Source of the DNA: Firmicutes bacterium UBA3936
GTDB taxonomy: Bacteria; Bacillota; Dethiobacteria; Dethiobacterales; Dethiobacteraceae
Assembly (NCBI GenBank): GCA_002385745.1
Contig: DGEC01000041.1
Coordinates: 14,172 to 78,171 of the forward strand
Reading direction: 5' to 3'
DNA: 64,000 bases
Position numbers and translations under genes: made by a program. Shown here one piece after another: positions 17,530 through 27,008 of the stretch. The stretch's first letter is position 1; the number at the start of each line of letters is the position of its first letter. The notes beneath the pieces were generated by a model. The model was not told the origin of the DNA, made no database searches, and saw only the letters and a list, made by a program, of their open reading frames with translations.

Positions 17530-18225
17530 CTAGATGGTCCATTGGCCATGAATTATTCCTACCAGATACCATTGTCCTTCATCCTGTTCAAATACCAAGC
17601 GTAAGCTACGCCAATCCATACCGTCATTTCCGGGTTCAAACCCGGTGAAATGGAACTCTATAAAAGTACCGTCCGGGTAGGCGGCGGATACATTGTCAAC
17701 GGTGTTTCCGGAACCGATTGGTGTATTGTTGCCTATCAGGTGTGGATTAATGAAATCCTCATCATAAACAAATTTGTCATAATAATCATTGAAGGTTAAA
17801 TCTATGGGTTCCCCAATGCCATCGTAGATACCCCAAGTATAGATTGTAGTATCCCGGTCCAGCCCTGCAACCTGTTGGGCGTCAAAAACTTTGTCATTCT
17901 GTACATCTACATAAAAATAGGGGCTGAATCGCAGCCCTTTTTCCGGGTGGACCAGATTTGCCAACCCGGCCATGTTCTTATTCTTTAGTAATTCCATGGC
18001 ATTTAAGGCTGTGATCAGTACGTTTGGAGAGACACCGGTCCGGCTGCTTAACTGTTCGGTCAGTTCCTGATTCTTTTCTGTCAGTTCTTTAATTTGACCG
18101 TTCAAGGTTTCTATTTGTGCTTTTAATTCCTCCGTGGAATGGGAGTTTTGTCCCGGCGCACAGGCTGTTATGGCAAAAGCGGCAATGACTGCAAGACTGA
18201 GCACAATTTTAAATTTGTTTTTCAT
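17530..18225 (-). CDS. lipoprotein of unknown function
   Basis: Track ORF 17530-18258. The start is moved to ATG 18225 after AGGAGGA. Lipobox in MKNKFKIVLSLAVIAAFAITAC, followed by a coiled-coil segment. Confidence 0.6.
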   Translation of the reverse strand: MKNKFKIVLSLAVIAAFAITACAPGQNSHSTEELKAQIETLNGQIKELTEKNQELTEQLSSRTGVSPNVLITALNAMELLKNKNMAGLANLVHPEKGLRFSPYFYVDVQNDKVFDAQQVAGLDRDTTIYTWGIYDGIGEPIDLTFNDYYDKFVYDEDFINPHLIGNNTPIGSGNTVDNVSAAYPDGTFIEFHFTGFEPGNDGMDWRSLRLVFEQDEGQWYLVGIIHGQWTI

Positions 18226-18359
18226 AAATATCCTCCTGAATATTTCTATCTCATGCATCTAACTATACTACCCGGATTTCCGCAGGTAATGCATTGCAGC
18301 CAGTCTGTGATATCATGGTGTCTTCGTAAAAGGGAGAGATCAGTTAAACCGCGGTTCCA

Positions 18360-19211
18360 TTAATCGTAGAAGTCAAGATAATGATAGCGCCTGCCGTCTT
18401 TTTTCCAACCCAGGACGGCATCCAGGCAGACATTTTCCCCCGCTTTAAAGATGGATTTTTCCACGTCCTGGAAGTATTTGCGCAGCTGTTTAATGAGTTC
18501 CTTGACTTCATAACGCTTATTCCCGGTTCTCCGGGCAGTTACCGTACAGGCACAGTTAATGGGTGCAAGCCCGCAGTAGCTGACAAAATCGATAATTGTC
18601 TCTTCCCGCACATAGTATAGCGGGCGGATAAGCTCCATATCGGCAAAGTTTTGTGCTTTCAGCTTAGGCAGCATATTCTTAAAGCTGCCTGCACAAAGCA
18701 GGTTGAGAAGCGTTGTTTCAATAACATCGTCAAAATGGTGGCCCAGGGCAAGTTTATTGCAGCCCAATGACTGCGCCCGGGCATACAGGGCGCCGCGGCG
18801 CATTTTGGCGCACATGTAGCAGGGATAATCACCCGCTATTTTTTGCGCTACCTTAAAGATGTTGGCGGAAAAAATATGGACGGGAATATTCAGGTAGCGG
18901 AAGTTTGCCAGGAGCTGTTCACGGATACGGGGCTCGTATCCGGGGTCCATAACAATAAACCGCAGTTCAAAACCGGCCTGCCTATGGCGCTGCAGCTCCT
19001 GAAACAATTTGGCCATAACCATGCTGTCCTTGCCGCCCGAAAGAGCTACGGCTATTTTGTCGCCTTCGGCCACCAGCTTAAAATCCCGCACCGCCCTGGT
19101 AAATTTGCTCCACAGGGCACGCCGGAACTTTTTAACAATGCTTTTTTCAATTTCCGCAAGCGGCATTGGTTCCGCAGCCGGTGCTATCCTTTTGCAGTCC
19201 CTGTTGTCCAT
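18360..19211 (-). CDS. ttcA: tRNA 2-thiocytidine biosynthesis protein TtcA (PP-loop ATPase)
   Basis: SGGKDS PP-loop, and CYMCAKMRRG and CAC cysteine motifs. Confidence 0.75.
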   Translation of the reverse strand: MDNRDCKRIAPAAEPMPLAEIEKSIVKKFRRALWSKFTRAVRDFKLVAEGDKIAVALSGGKDSMVMAKLFQELQRHRQAGFELRFIVMDPGYEPRIREQLLANFRYLNIPVHIFSANIFKVAQKIAGDYPCYMCAKMRRGALYARAQSLGCNKLALGHHFDDVIETTLLNLLCAGSFKNMLPKLKAQNFADMELIRPLYYVREETIIDFVSYCGLAPINCACTVTARRTGNKRYEVKELIKQLRKYFQDVEKSIFKAGENVCLDAVLGWKKDGRRYHYLDFYD

Positions 19212-19380
19212 GCTATTCTACCTTCCTTGCTGTATAATTAAACTCAATATTTTCACCGCTCCTACCATTATACCTTCTTCCGCGCCCTCTGCACACCGGA
19301 AATTTGCGCAAAGGCAGCTGCCCTTCTTTCCCCGCGCCAAGATTAAAGCCCTTCCAGACTCAAACGAGACAGCGCAGGAA

Positions 19381-20712
19381 TTAAAGCCCCAAATACCTGC
19401 TGGCGATAAAAAAGTAAATAAGCACTCCCGTAACATCGGCAATGGAGGTAACAAGGGGGCCGCTTGCCAGAGCAGGATCCAGCTTGAATCTGCTGAGCAG
19501 GAAAGGAAGAGACATGCCGATTAAGCTGCCAACAAGCACAACGGCTGTCATGGATAAAGCAACAACAGCAGCCACATCCGGACCTCCCCGGGATACTCCT
19601 ATGGGATATGCGATAGCGGCCATGACCAGTCCCAGCAGTATGGAAACGGCTAGTTCCTTTTTGAATAATTCAAACCAGTCGCCAATTTCCACATCTCCAA
19701 CGGCAAGGGCTCGGATCATCAAGGCGGCCGATTGCGAACCTGCATTTCCGGCGCTGTCTATTAATAGGGGCAGGAAAAAAACAAGGGCAATGGCTGCCTG
19801 GATGGTTTCTTCAAAAACAGCAATGCCGCTCCCGGCAAAGAAACCGACCACAATTAAGACCAAAAGCCAGGGAAGACGTTTTTTTACCATAAAGAGCGGG
19901 CTTGCATCCAAAAGATTGATATCTATCTTCCCCACAGTTGCCATTTTATGAATGTCTTCCGTGATTTCCTCATCAATGACATCAACTATATCATCAACTG
20001 TTATAATTCCCACCAGGCGATTCTCTTGATCCGTAACAGGAATAGCTAAAAGATCGTATTTCTTGATGAGGCTTGCAACATATTCTTTATTATCCAATGT
20101 TTTTGCAGAAATAAATTCCCTGCGCATTATTTCCGCCACACTTTGCCCCGGTGAAGCGGCCACCAGCTCACGCAAAGAAATGATTCCCTCAAGGCGGCGT
20201 CCGGCATCGGTGACATAGCAAGTATAAATGGTTTCCTTGTTCCTCGCAGTTTGCCTGATTATTTCAAGAGACTCCTGCACCTTCATTTCTTTTTTTAATT
20301 CCACAAACTCAATGGTCATTATACTGCCGGCCGAGTCCTCGGGATAGTTAAGAAATTGGTTTATAAGTCTTCTTTCTGTTTCGGAAGAATTCAGCAGAAT
20401 CTTTTTGACAACATTGGCCGGCATTTCCTCCAGGAAATCAATCTTGTCGTCAAAGCGGAGCTCTTCTAAAATGGCATAAAGCTCCTTTTCCTTAATTTCC
20501 ACTGAAATTTGGGCCTGGCTTGCCGGAGTCAGGTAAGAAAAGACTTCTGCCGCCATGTCTTTCGGCAGCAGTCTGAATACCAAAAGGGTGTCCTTGGCAT
20601 CCAAATGATTTATAAAGTCAGCTATATCAACAAGATGACTTTTCTCCAGTTTTTCCTTGAGCAAATTGTACTGTTTCTCCCTAAGCAAGATTTGCAGTGT
20701 ACCAAAGTCCAT
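19381..20712 (-). CDS. mgtE: magnesium transporter MgtE
   Basis: 443 aa with an N-domain, tandem CBS domains and a 5-TM C-terminus (GNAGSQS). Preceded by an M-box. Confidence 0.9.
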   Translation of the reverse strand: MDFGTLQILLREKQYNLLKEKLEKSHLVDIADFINHLDAKDTLLVFRLLPKDMAAEVFSYLTPASQAQISVEIKEKELYAILEELRFDDKIDFLEEMPANVVKKILLNSSETERRLINQFLNYPEDSAGSIMTIEFVELKKEMKVQESLEIIRQTARNKETIYTCYVTDAGRRLEGIISLRELVAASPGQSVAEIMRREFISAKTLDNKEYVASLIKKYDLLAIPVTDQENRLVGIITVDDIVDVIDEEITEDIHKMATVGKIDINLLDASPLFMVKKRLPWLLVLIVVGFFAGSGIAVFEETIQAAIALVFFLPLLIDSAGNAGSQSAALMIRALAVGDVEIGDWFELFKKELAVSILLGLVMAAIAYPIGVSRGGPDVAAVVALSMTAVVLVGSLIGMSLPFLLSRFKLDPALASGPLVTSIADVTGVLIYFFIASRYLGL

Positions 20713-20737
20713 TTTTTCCCCTCCCTGAAGATAATTT

Positions 20738-20830
20738 TTAGGAGGCTATCGCCATCAGGTGATTTACGGGCGATACCTCTCCTGCAATGAGTTTTCTTTT
20801 GTCCGCATTTGGCCCTGGATCGGTATCCAT
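20738..20830 (-). CDS. candidate 30-codon leader ORF in the mgtE 5' UTR
   Basis: ATG 20830 lies 7 nt after GGAGGTGA. Product: MDTDPGPNADKRKLIAGEVSPVNHLMAIAS. The stop is 25 nt before the mgtE ATG. Support is from sequence context only. Confidence 0.3.
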   Translation of the reverse strand: MDTDPGPNADKRKLIAGEVSPVNHLMAIAS

Positions 20831-20859
20831 AAGTAAATCACCTCCGGATGAAAAATGGC

Positions 20860-20887
20860 AAAAAAAACTACCCGTGTCAGCGAGTAG
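20860..20887 (-). terminator. M-box expression-platform terminator
   Basis: The minus strand reads CTACTCG-ctgaca-CGGGTAG followed by TTTTTTTT, directly 3' of the aptamer. Confidence 0.8.
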
Positions 20888-20904
20888 AAAATTATTTACA
20901 ATGG

Positions 20905-21068
20905 CCGAGCTATTTTCTCCCTCGTGACAGCTTTGGCTCTATACAACGTAGGGTGCAAACCCAGCTACATTAAGCAGCACCTTAAGCCGATGCTGCCTGC
21001 TTACCCTTTGGCATCTCTCGATGTTTCAGGGCAGTAGCCTGTTTTTGTATAGTAACCTCACCTAACGG
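20905..21068 (-). promoter_or_regulatory. M-box (ykoK) Mg2+ riboswitch aptamer
   Basis: The minus strand contains GTTAGGTGAGG, CTGCCCTGAAAC, AAGGTGCTGCTTAATGTAGCTGGG, CCCTACG and GCCAAAGCTGTCACG in the canonical order, upstream of mgtE. Confidence 0.9.
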
Positions 21069-21286
21069 ATTTATCCGCTTGTATTATATCACATAAATCA
21101 AACTTAAGAAAATTTATGCTCCGCCTTTACCGGCTGCCCAGGCGGGCATTTGACAAAACAGATTGTCTTGCACTTCAATCAATGCTACTATATAACCGTC
21201 TGAAAAGCGGCCGGAGTCTGGCCGGTCTGCATCTTTGCCGCGGCATCAACACTAAAAAGCAATGCCGGGAAGGAGCTGTTGGAACA

Positions 21287-22249
21287 GTGATTTCACTGTA
21301 TGCCCTGCTGCTTGGTTTTGCCTTTGATCTTCTGCTTGGAGACCCGCCGGGCTTTCCCCATATGGTTGTCGGCATGGGGAAGCTGATTTCCCTTTTGGAA
21401 TCCGGCCTGCGCAGGCTCTTTCCCGGAACGGCAAAAGGAGAATTGTACGGCGGCACGGTTCTGGCTATAACACTGCCCCTCTTTTCCTCCGGCCTGGCCT
21501 GGGGGCTGCTTTACCTTTGCAGTCTCATCCATCCCCTGGCCCGGCTGCTTGTGGAAAGCCTCCTTTGCTGGCAGTGCCTTGCCCTGCGTTCCCTGTGCGA
21601 TGCGAGCATGAAAGTATATACCGCCCTGAAAGAAGACAACCTGCCAAGAGCCCGCCTGGCCCTGGGGCAAATTGTCGGCCGGGATACAAAAAACCTGGAT
21701 GCGGCAGGCGTAACCCGCGCTGCGGTGGAAACAGTGGCCGAAAATACAAACGACGGCGTTATTGCGCCGCTGCTTTTCCTTTTGGCCGGCGGAGCGGCCT
21801 TTGGTGTTTTCTATAAGGCAGTCAACACCATGGACAGTATGATCGGCTACAAAAACAGCCGTTATCTTTATTTCGGCCGGGCTGCGGCCCTCCTGGACGA
21901 CTTGATAAATTTTATACCGGCGCGCATTGCCGGCCTGCTGATTGTTATTGCCGCTTATTTCCTGCAGCTTGACGCGCGCAATGCCTGGCGCGTTTTTCTC
22001 CGCGACCGCTATAATCACACAAGTCCCAATTCCGCTCAGACGGAATCCGCCTGTGCCGGGGCACTGCATCTCCGGCTCGGGGGCAGTTCCGAATACCGCG
22101 GTATCATTGTTCACAAACCCTATATAGGTGACAGCAACCGGCTGCCGCGGCCGGGTGATATCTGCCTTGCCAACAGGCTGCTTTGTGTGTCGTCATTCAT
22201 CTGCCTGCTGCTGGGAGTTGCTGTCAAGGGGGCGATTCTGTGGTTTTAA
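21287..22249 (+). CDS. cbiB: adenosylcobinamide-phosphate synthase CbiB
   Basis: Track ORF 21116-22249. The start is moved to GTG 21287 after GGAAGGAG, so the product begins (M)ISLYALLLGFAFDLLLGDPPGFPHMV as in CbiB. The upstream 57 codons are unlike CbiB. Confidence 0.8.
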   Translation: MISLYALLLGFAFDLLLGDPPGFPHMVVGMGKLISLLESGLRRLFPGTAKGELYGGTVLAITLPLFSSGLAWGLLYLCSLIHPLARLLVESLLCWQCLALRSLCDASMKVYTALKEDNLPRARLALGQIVGRDTKNLDAAGVTRAAVETVAENTNDGVIAPLLFLLAGGAAFGVFYKAVNTMDSMIGYKNSRYLYFGRAAALLDDLINFIPARIAGLLIVIAAYFLQLDARNAWRVFLRDRYNHTSPNSAQTESACAGALHLRLGGSSEYRGIIVHKPYIGDSNRLPRPGDICLANRLLCVSSFICLLLGVAVKGAILWF

Positions 22250-23304
22250 TACATGGTGGAGATATTGAGTCTTATCGTCTGGAATACGGCCGGCTGCCCC
22301 TGGATTTTTCGGCAAACTGCAATCCTTTGGGAGTGCCGGCAGGAGTGAAGCGGGCTATCCGTGACGCCGCCGCGCATGCCGATGCCTATCCGGACCCGCT
22401 GTGCAGAAAGCTTTGTGCCCTCATTGCCGACAAGACGGGAACACTGCCTGAACGGGTGTTGTGCGGCAACGGGGCCGCTGACCTGATCTACCGCGCGGCC
22501 CTGGCCTGCAAGCCCAAACGCGCCCTTGTGCCTGCGCCGTCATTTGCAGAGTATGAACTGGCACTGCGCACCGTTGACTGTGAAATAATCCGCCATCCGC
22601 TCAGGGCAGAAGAAGATTTTGCACTTGCTTCAGATATCCTGCCCGCCCTTAAACCGGACATCGATATGCTTTTTCTGTGCAATCCCAACAATCCAACGGG
22701 ACTTGTCATTGATCCTTCCCTGCTGCGGCAGATCCTTGAGACCTGTGAAAGGGAAGGCATCCTGCTGATTGTGGATGAATGTTTCAACGGCTTCCTTGAG
22801 GAACCGGAAATACATACCCTGAGGCACTGTCTTTCCGAATATAAAAATCTTCTGGTCATCGACGCCTTTACCAAACTTTACGGCATGGCCGGGGTGCGCC
22901 TGGGCTATTGCCTGTCCGGGAATGAAAAGCTGCTTGAAAAAATGCGCCGCGCCGGACAGCCCTGGGCAGTCTCCTCGCTGGCGCAGGCAGCCGGGATTGC
23001 CGCCTTGCAGGAACACAATTACATACTGCGGACACGGGCCCTTGTCCGCAAAGAAAGGACTTTTTTGCTTACAGAACTGCAGTCCCTGGGAATAAAGGAA
23101 TACGTAGGCGAAGCCAATTTTATTTTTTTCCATACTGAGATTCCTCACTTGGCAGAGCAAATGCGCAAGGCCGGGATATTAATCAGGGACTGCAGCAATT
23201 ATGCCGGGCTTTCCGACGGCTACTACCGCATAGCCGTGCGCAAACATGACGAAAACCTGCGGCTGCTCCAGGCACTGAGCAAAGCGGCAGGCAAATATTC
23301 ATGA
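22240..23304 (+). CDS. cobD: L-threonine-O-3-phosphate decarboxylase (CobD; class I/II aminotransferase fold)
   Basis: Track ORF 22183-23304. The start is moved to GTG 22240 after AAGGGGG, overlapping the cbiB stop. HGGD, DFSANCNPLG, YPDP, NPNNPTG and TKLYGMAGVRLGY motifs. Confidence 0.75.
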   Translation: MVLIHGGDIESYRLEYGRLPLDFSANCNPLGVPAGVKRAIRDAAAHADAYPDPLCRKLCALIADKTGTLPERVLCGNGAADLIYRAALACKPKRALVPAPSFAEYELALRTVDCEIIRHPLRAEEDFALASDILPALKPDIDMLFLCNPNNPTGLVIDPSLLRQILETCEREGILLIVDECFNGFLEEPEIHTLRHCLSEYKNLLVIDAFTKLYGMAGVRLGYCLSGNEKLLEKMRRAGQPWAVSSLAQAAGIAALQEHNYILRTRALVRKERTFLLTELQSLGIKEYVGEANFIFFHTEIPHLAEQMRKAGILIRDCSNYAGLSDGYYRIAVRKHDENLRLLQALSKAAGKYS

Positions 23305-23338
23305 AAACGCCCGGGCAAAACCTGTCGCCCGGGCGTTT
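23305..23338 (+). terminator. rho-independent terminator
   Basis: AAACGCCCGGG...CCCGGGCGTTT, 11-bp stem. Confidence 0.7.
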
Positions 23339-23450
23339 ACTACCTTTACAACACTGGTACATCTGCCGGCTGCCGGCGCCTGTCTCAGGTGCATTTTTGG
23401 CTTTTAATTATGCCCAATTATGTCACATTTATCCGGCTGTTTAGCAGCCA

Positions 23451-23482
23451 AGAAAAAGGTATTGCCTGCAAAGGCAATACCT
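23451..23482 (-). terminator. rho-independent terminator after ppdK
   Basis: The minus strand reads AGGTATTGCC-tttgca-GGCAATACCT followed by TTTTTCT. Confidence 0.8.
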
Positions 23483-23527
23483 CGGTAATTTTTCTAACAT
23501 ATTGTAAAGCTTGTTCCACAATCCCGA

Positions 23528-26173
23528 TTAGTCTCTGTTGCTTATAGCAGCCCGGGCGGCGGCCAGACGGGCAATGGGAACTCTGAAGGGAGAGCAGGAA
23601 ACATAGTCCAGGCCGACAAGATGGCAAAACTCGATGGAGGAGGGGTCTCCGCCGTGTTCACCGCAAATGCCCAGTTTCAGGTCCTGCTTGACGGCACGCC
23701 CCTTTTCTGCCGCCATTTTAACCAGTTCGCCGACTCCGTCCCTGTCCAGGACGGCAAAGGGGTTTTCCGGCAGGATTTTTTCCTGCAGGTAATGCAGCAG
23801 GAATTTCCCTTCGGCATCGTCCCGGGAATAGCCGAAAGTGGTCTGGGTGAGATCGTTTGTCCCGAAGGAGAAGAAATCGGCATGGGCGGCAATCCGGTCC
23901 GCCGTCACACAAGCTCTGGGTAATTCAATCATTGTCCCCACTTTATAATCAATCTTGAGCCCCGTTTCAGCCATTACTTCTTCCGCCGCCTCTACGACCA
24001 GCCGGCGCATAACTTCCAGTTCCTTGTCAAGCCCTACCAGCGGAATCATTATTTCCGGCGTAACTGTCTTGCCCTCTGAAAGGAGCTTTGCTGCGGCACG
24101 GAAGATGGCCAAAGCCTGCATTTTATATATATCCGGTGTTACAAGACCAAGCCGGCAGCCGCGGTGCCCCAGCATGGGGTTCAATTCATCAAGGGACCTT
24201 ACCTGCCTCAGCAGTTCCTCTTTTTCCCGCAGCAGCTCCGGATTATCTTTTCTTTCCCTGAGAAGGGTTACTTCTACCAGCAAATCTTCCAGGTTTGGCA
24301 AAAATTCATGCAGCGGCGGGTCAAGCAGGCGGATGGTAACAGGGAGTCCCTCCATTGCCCGGAAAATACCTTCAAAGTCTTTCTGCTGCATCGGCAGCAG
24401 CTTGGCAAGGGCTTTTGCCCTTGTCTCATCGTCCTCGGCCAGAATCATTTCCTGCACCACCGGCAGGCGTTCCTGGGCCATAAACATATGCTCCGTACGG
24501 CACAAACCAATGCCGCGGGCACCAAGTTCCCTGGCTTTTTGGGCATCTTCCGGCGTATCGGCATTGGCCCTCACTCCTAAAACTTTAACTTCATCCGCCC
24601 ACTGCAGGAGAACAACAAATTCATCGGAAAGCACGGGATCAATCATGGGTACTTCTCCGGCAAAAACTTCGCCTGTGGAACCGTCGATGGATATAATGTC
24701 GCCTTTCTTGAAAACCTGCCCGCCGACAGTCATTGTCCCGGCAGACAAATCTATTTTCAAAGCCTCGCAGCCTGCAACGCAGCATTTGCCCATGCCGCGC
24801 GCCACCACTGCAGCGTGGCTGGTCATCCCTCCGCGGCTGGTGAGCACCCCCTGGGCGGCCACAATACCGTGAATATCATCAGGGGTGGTCTCAGGCCGCA
24901 CTAGAATTACTTTTTCGCCGTCTTCTGCCATTTTTTCCGCCTCATCGGCATTAAATACAATTTTCCCGGAAGCGGCTCCCGGAGAAGCGGGCAGCCCTTT
25001 GGCAAGGGCATCCGGTTTGGCGCTGGGATCAACCCGGCGGTGCAGGAGCTGGTCAAGCTGGGCGGGGTCAACCCGCAGCAATGCTTCCTTGCGGTCAATG
25101 AGGCCTTCCTGGGCCATGTTAACGGCTGTTTTAACCGCCGCAGCGGCAGTCCGCTTCCCGGATCTTGTCTGCAGCAGGTACAACTTCCCTCGCTCCACGG
25201 TAAATTCAATATCCTGCACATCGCGGTAATGTTTTTCCAGCAGGTTGCAAAGTTCTTTGAATTCTTCATAAACGGCAGGCATATATTCCGCCATCTTGGA
25301 AATATCCAGGGGGGTTCTGATACCGGCAACCACGTCTTCACCCTGGGCATTAACCAAAAATTCACCGTAAAGCTCATTTGTACCGTCGGCCGGATTGCGG
25401 GTAAAGGCCACGCCGGTGCCGCTGTCTTCTCCCAGGTTGCCGAAGACCATGGTCTGCACGTTCACTGCGGTGCCCAGGTCATCCGGGATTTTATTTATCT
25501 GGCGGTATACTATGGCCCGCTGGTTGTTCCAGGAAGCAAAAACTGCCTGAATGGCCAGCATTAGCTGCTCTTCGGGGTCCTGCGGGAAGTGTTTTTTTGT
25601 TTCCCTGAAAACAATATCTTTGAATTCCGCCACCAGTTCCTGCAGGGCTCCGGCGTCAAGCCCGGTGTCATCCCGGACACCCAGAGCCTGTTTTTTCTTC
25701 TCAAGAGTATGCTCAAAGAGATAATGGTCAATATCCAAAACCACATCGCCGAACATCTGAATAAACCGGCGGTAACAGTCATAAGCAAAACGCTCATTGC
25801 TCGCGGCGGCTGCCAGCCCGAGCACCGTTTCGTCATTAAGTCCCAGGTTAAGAACGGTGTCCATCATTCCCGGCATGGAAATAACTGCGCCGGAGCGGAC
25901 GGAAACAAGCAGGGGATTTGTTTTGTCTCCGAATTTCTTTCCCGTTATTTCCTCCAGTTTGCGCAGTGCCGCCAGAACCTCATCCTGCAGCTCGGGCCAT
26001 ATTTTTTGTTCCCGGCGGAAATATTCCAGGCAGGCAGCGGTGGAAACTGTAAATCCCGGAGGGACAGGCAGGCCGATTCTGGTCATTTCAGCCAGGTTTG
26101 CTCCCTTGCCCCCCAGCAGTTCTTTCATTTGTGCATTTCCTTCTGAAAACAAGTAAACGTTTTTACTCCCCAT
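23528..26173 (-). CDS. ppdK: pyruvate, phosphate dikinase
   Basis: 881 aa. MGSKNVYLFSEGNAQMKELLGGKGANLAEM; catalytic His region GGMTSHAAVVARGMG; C-terminal PEP/pyruvate domain GICGEHGGDP. Confidence 0.95.
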   Translation of the reverse strand: MGSKNVYLFSEGNAQMKELLGGKGANLAEMTRIGLPVPPGFTVSTAACLEYFRREQKIWPELQDEVLAALRKLEEITGKKFGDKTNPLLVSVRSGAVISMPGMMDTVLNLGLNDETVLGLAAAASNERFAYDCYRRFIQMFGDVVLDIDHYLFEHTLEKKKQALGVRDDTGLDAGALQELVAEFKDIVFRETKKHFPQDPEEQLMLAIQAVFASWNNQRAIVYRQINKIPDDLGTAVNVQTMVFGNLGEDSGTGVAFTRNPADGTNELYGEFLVNAQGEDVVAGIRTPLDISKMAEYMPAVYEEFKELCNLLEKHYRDVQDIEFTVERGKLYLLQTRSGKRTAAAAVKTAVNMAQEGLIDRKEALLRVDPAQLDQLLHRRVDPSAKPDALAKGLPASPGAASGKIVFNADEAEKMAEDGEKVILVRPETTPDDIHGIVAAQGVLTSRGGMTSHAAVVARGMGKCCVAGCEALKIDLSAGTMTVGGQVFKKGDIISIDGSTGEVFAGEVPMIDPVLSDEFVVLLQWADEVKVLGVRANADTPEDAQKARELGARGIGLCRTEHMFMAQERLPVVQEMILAEDDETRAKALAKLLPMQQKDFEGIFRAMEGLPVTIRLLDPPLHEFLPNLEDLLVEVTLLRERKDNPELLREKEELLRQVRSLDELNPMLGHRGCRLGLVTPDIYKMQALAIFRAAAKLLSEGKTVTPEIMIPLVGLDKELEVMRRLVVEAAEEVMAETGLKIDYKVGTMIELPRACVTADRIAAHADFFSFGTNDLTQTTFGYSRDDAEGKFLLHYLQEKILPENPFAVLDRDGVGELVKMAAEKGRAVKQDLKLGICGEHGGDPSSIEFCHLVGLDYVSCSPFRVPIARLAAARAAISNRD

Positions 26174-26993
26174 CCTCAGGTTCCTCCCTAACGATTTGTA
26201 GTATTTTATTGGCCACTTCTTCTACGGCCTTGTTTGAAACATCAAAAATGGGACAGCCCAGCTTGCGCATTATTTTTTCTGCATAGTCAAGTTCTTCAAG
26301 GATACGTTCGTAACTGGCATAATTGGCCTGACCGTGCAAGCCTAAGGCTTTTAACCTTTCCTTGCGGATTTCATTTAATTGACGGGGATTGATAGTCAGG
26401 CCGATTATTTTGCCGGCAGGTATCCAGAAAAGCTCTTCCGGCGGTTCAACTTCCGGTACAAGCGGCAGATTGGCCACTTTCAGATGCTTATTTGCCAGGT
26501 ACATGGACAAAGGCGTCTTGGATGTACGGGAGACACCGATCAGTACCACATCTGCCAGTAGGATCCCGCGGGGATCTTTGCCGTCATCATATTTTACGGC
26601 AAACTCAATGGCAGCCACCCGGCGAAAATATTCTTCGTCCAAACGCCTGATCAGTCCCGGTTCCATATGCGGATCGACGCCTATAAGCTCTGAAAAAGCA
26701 TCCATCATCGGGCCCATGACATCAACGGCAACAATATTCAGTTTTTTACTTTCTTCCCGGATGACTCTTCTTAATTCCGGCAAAACAAGGGTATAGGCAA
26801 TCATGGCCTTCCCCAGCGATGCTTCTTCCAGAACCTCGTGAATGGTCTCTACATCATTGACAAAGGGAACCCGGCGGATATCCACATGTCCGGAGTTAAA
26901 CTGACTGCTAACCGCTTTGACAACAAATTCCGCCGTTTCGCCTATAGAATCCGAAACTACATAGACTATGAGTTTTTTGTTTTTTTCTTCCAA
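26163..26993 (-). CDS. pyruvate phosphate dikinase regulatory protein (PDRP, DUF299 kinase/phosphotransferase; YqfL-like)
   Basis: 276 aa. IYVVSDSIGETAE and GVSRTSKTPLS P-loop. The 3' end overlaps the ppdK start by 11 nt. Confidence 0.85.
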   Translation of the reverse strand: MEEKNKKLIVYVVSDSIGETAEFVVKAVSSQFNSGHVDIRRVPFVNDVETIHEVLEEASLGKAMIAYTLVLPELRRVIREESKKLNIVAVDVMGPMMDAFSELIGVDPHMEPGLIRRLDEEYFRRVAAIEFAVKYDDGKDPRGILLADVVLIGVSRTSKTPLSMYLANKHLKVANLPLVPEVEPPEELFWIPAGKIIGLTINPRQLNEIRKERLKALGLHGQANYASYERILEELDYAEKIMRKLGCPIFDVSNKAVEEVANKILQIVREEPEDGE

Positions 26994-27008
26994 ACCCTCG
27001 CCACCTCG

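Noticed and set aside
19212-19380. The GGCAGCTGCC palindrome between mgtE and ttcA as a terminator or regulatory site.
   Set aside because: The stem has essentially no loop and no U-tract, so the evidence is insufficient.
21070-21286. Possible cobalamin riboswitch upstream of cbiB-cobD.
   Set aside because: It has no B12 box (GCCACTG-like) and no AGGGAA/GGTG core in the right order. Only generic GC hairpins are present. The region is better explained as the divergent mgtE/cbiB promoter region plus a spurious N-extension of the cbiB ORF.
21293-22114. 273-aa minus-strand ORF antisense to cbiB.
   Set aside because: It is a shadow ORF of a GC-rich membrane-protein gene. It has Gly/Gln/Ala-rich composition and no SD.
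23955-24872. 305-aa plus-strand ORF inside ppdK. Others like it are 25040-25564 and 25589-26146.
   Set aside because: They are antisense to a highly conserved gene and have Ser/Arg-rich low-complexity translations with no SD. These are typical shadow ORFs.
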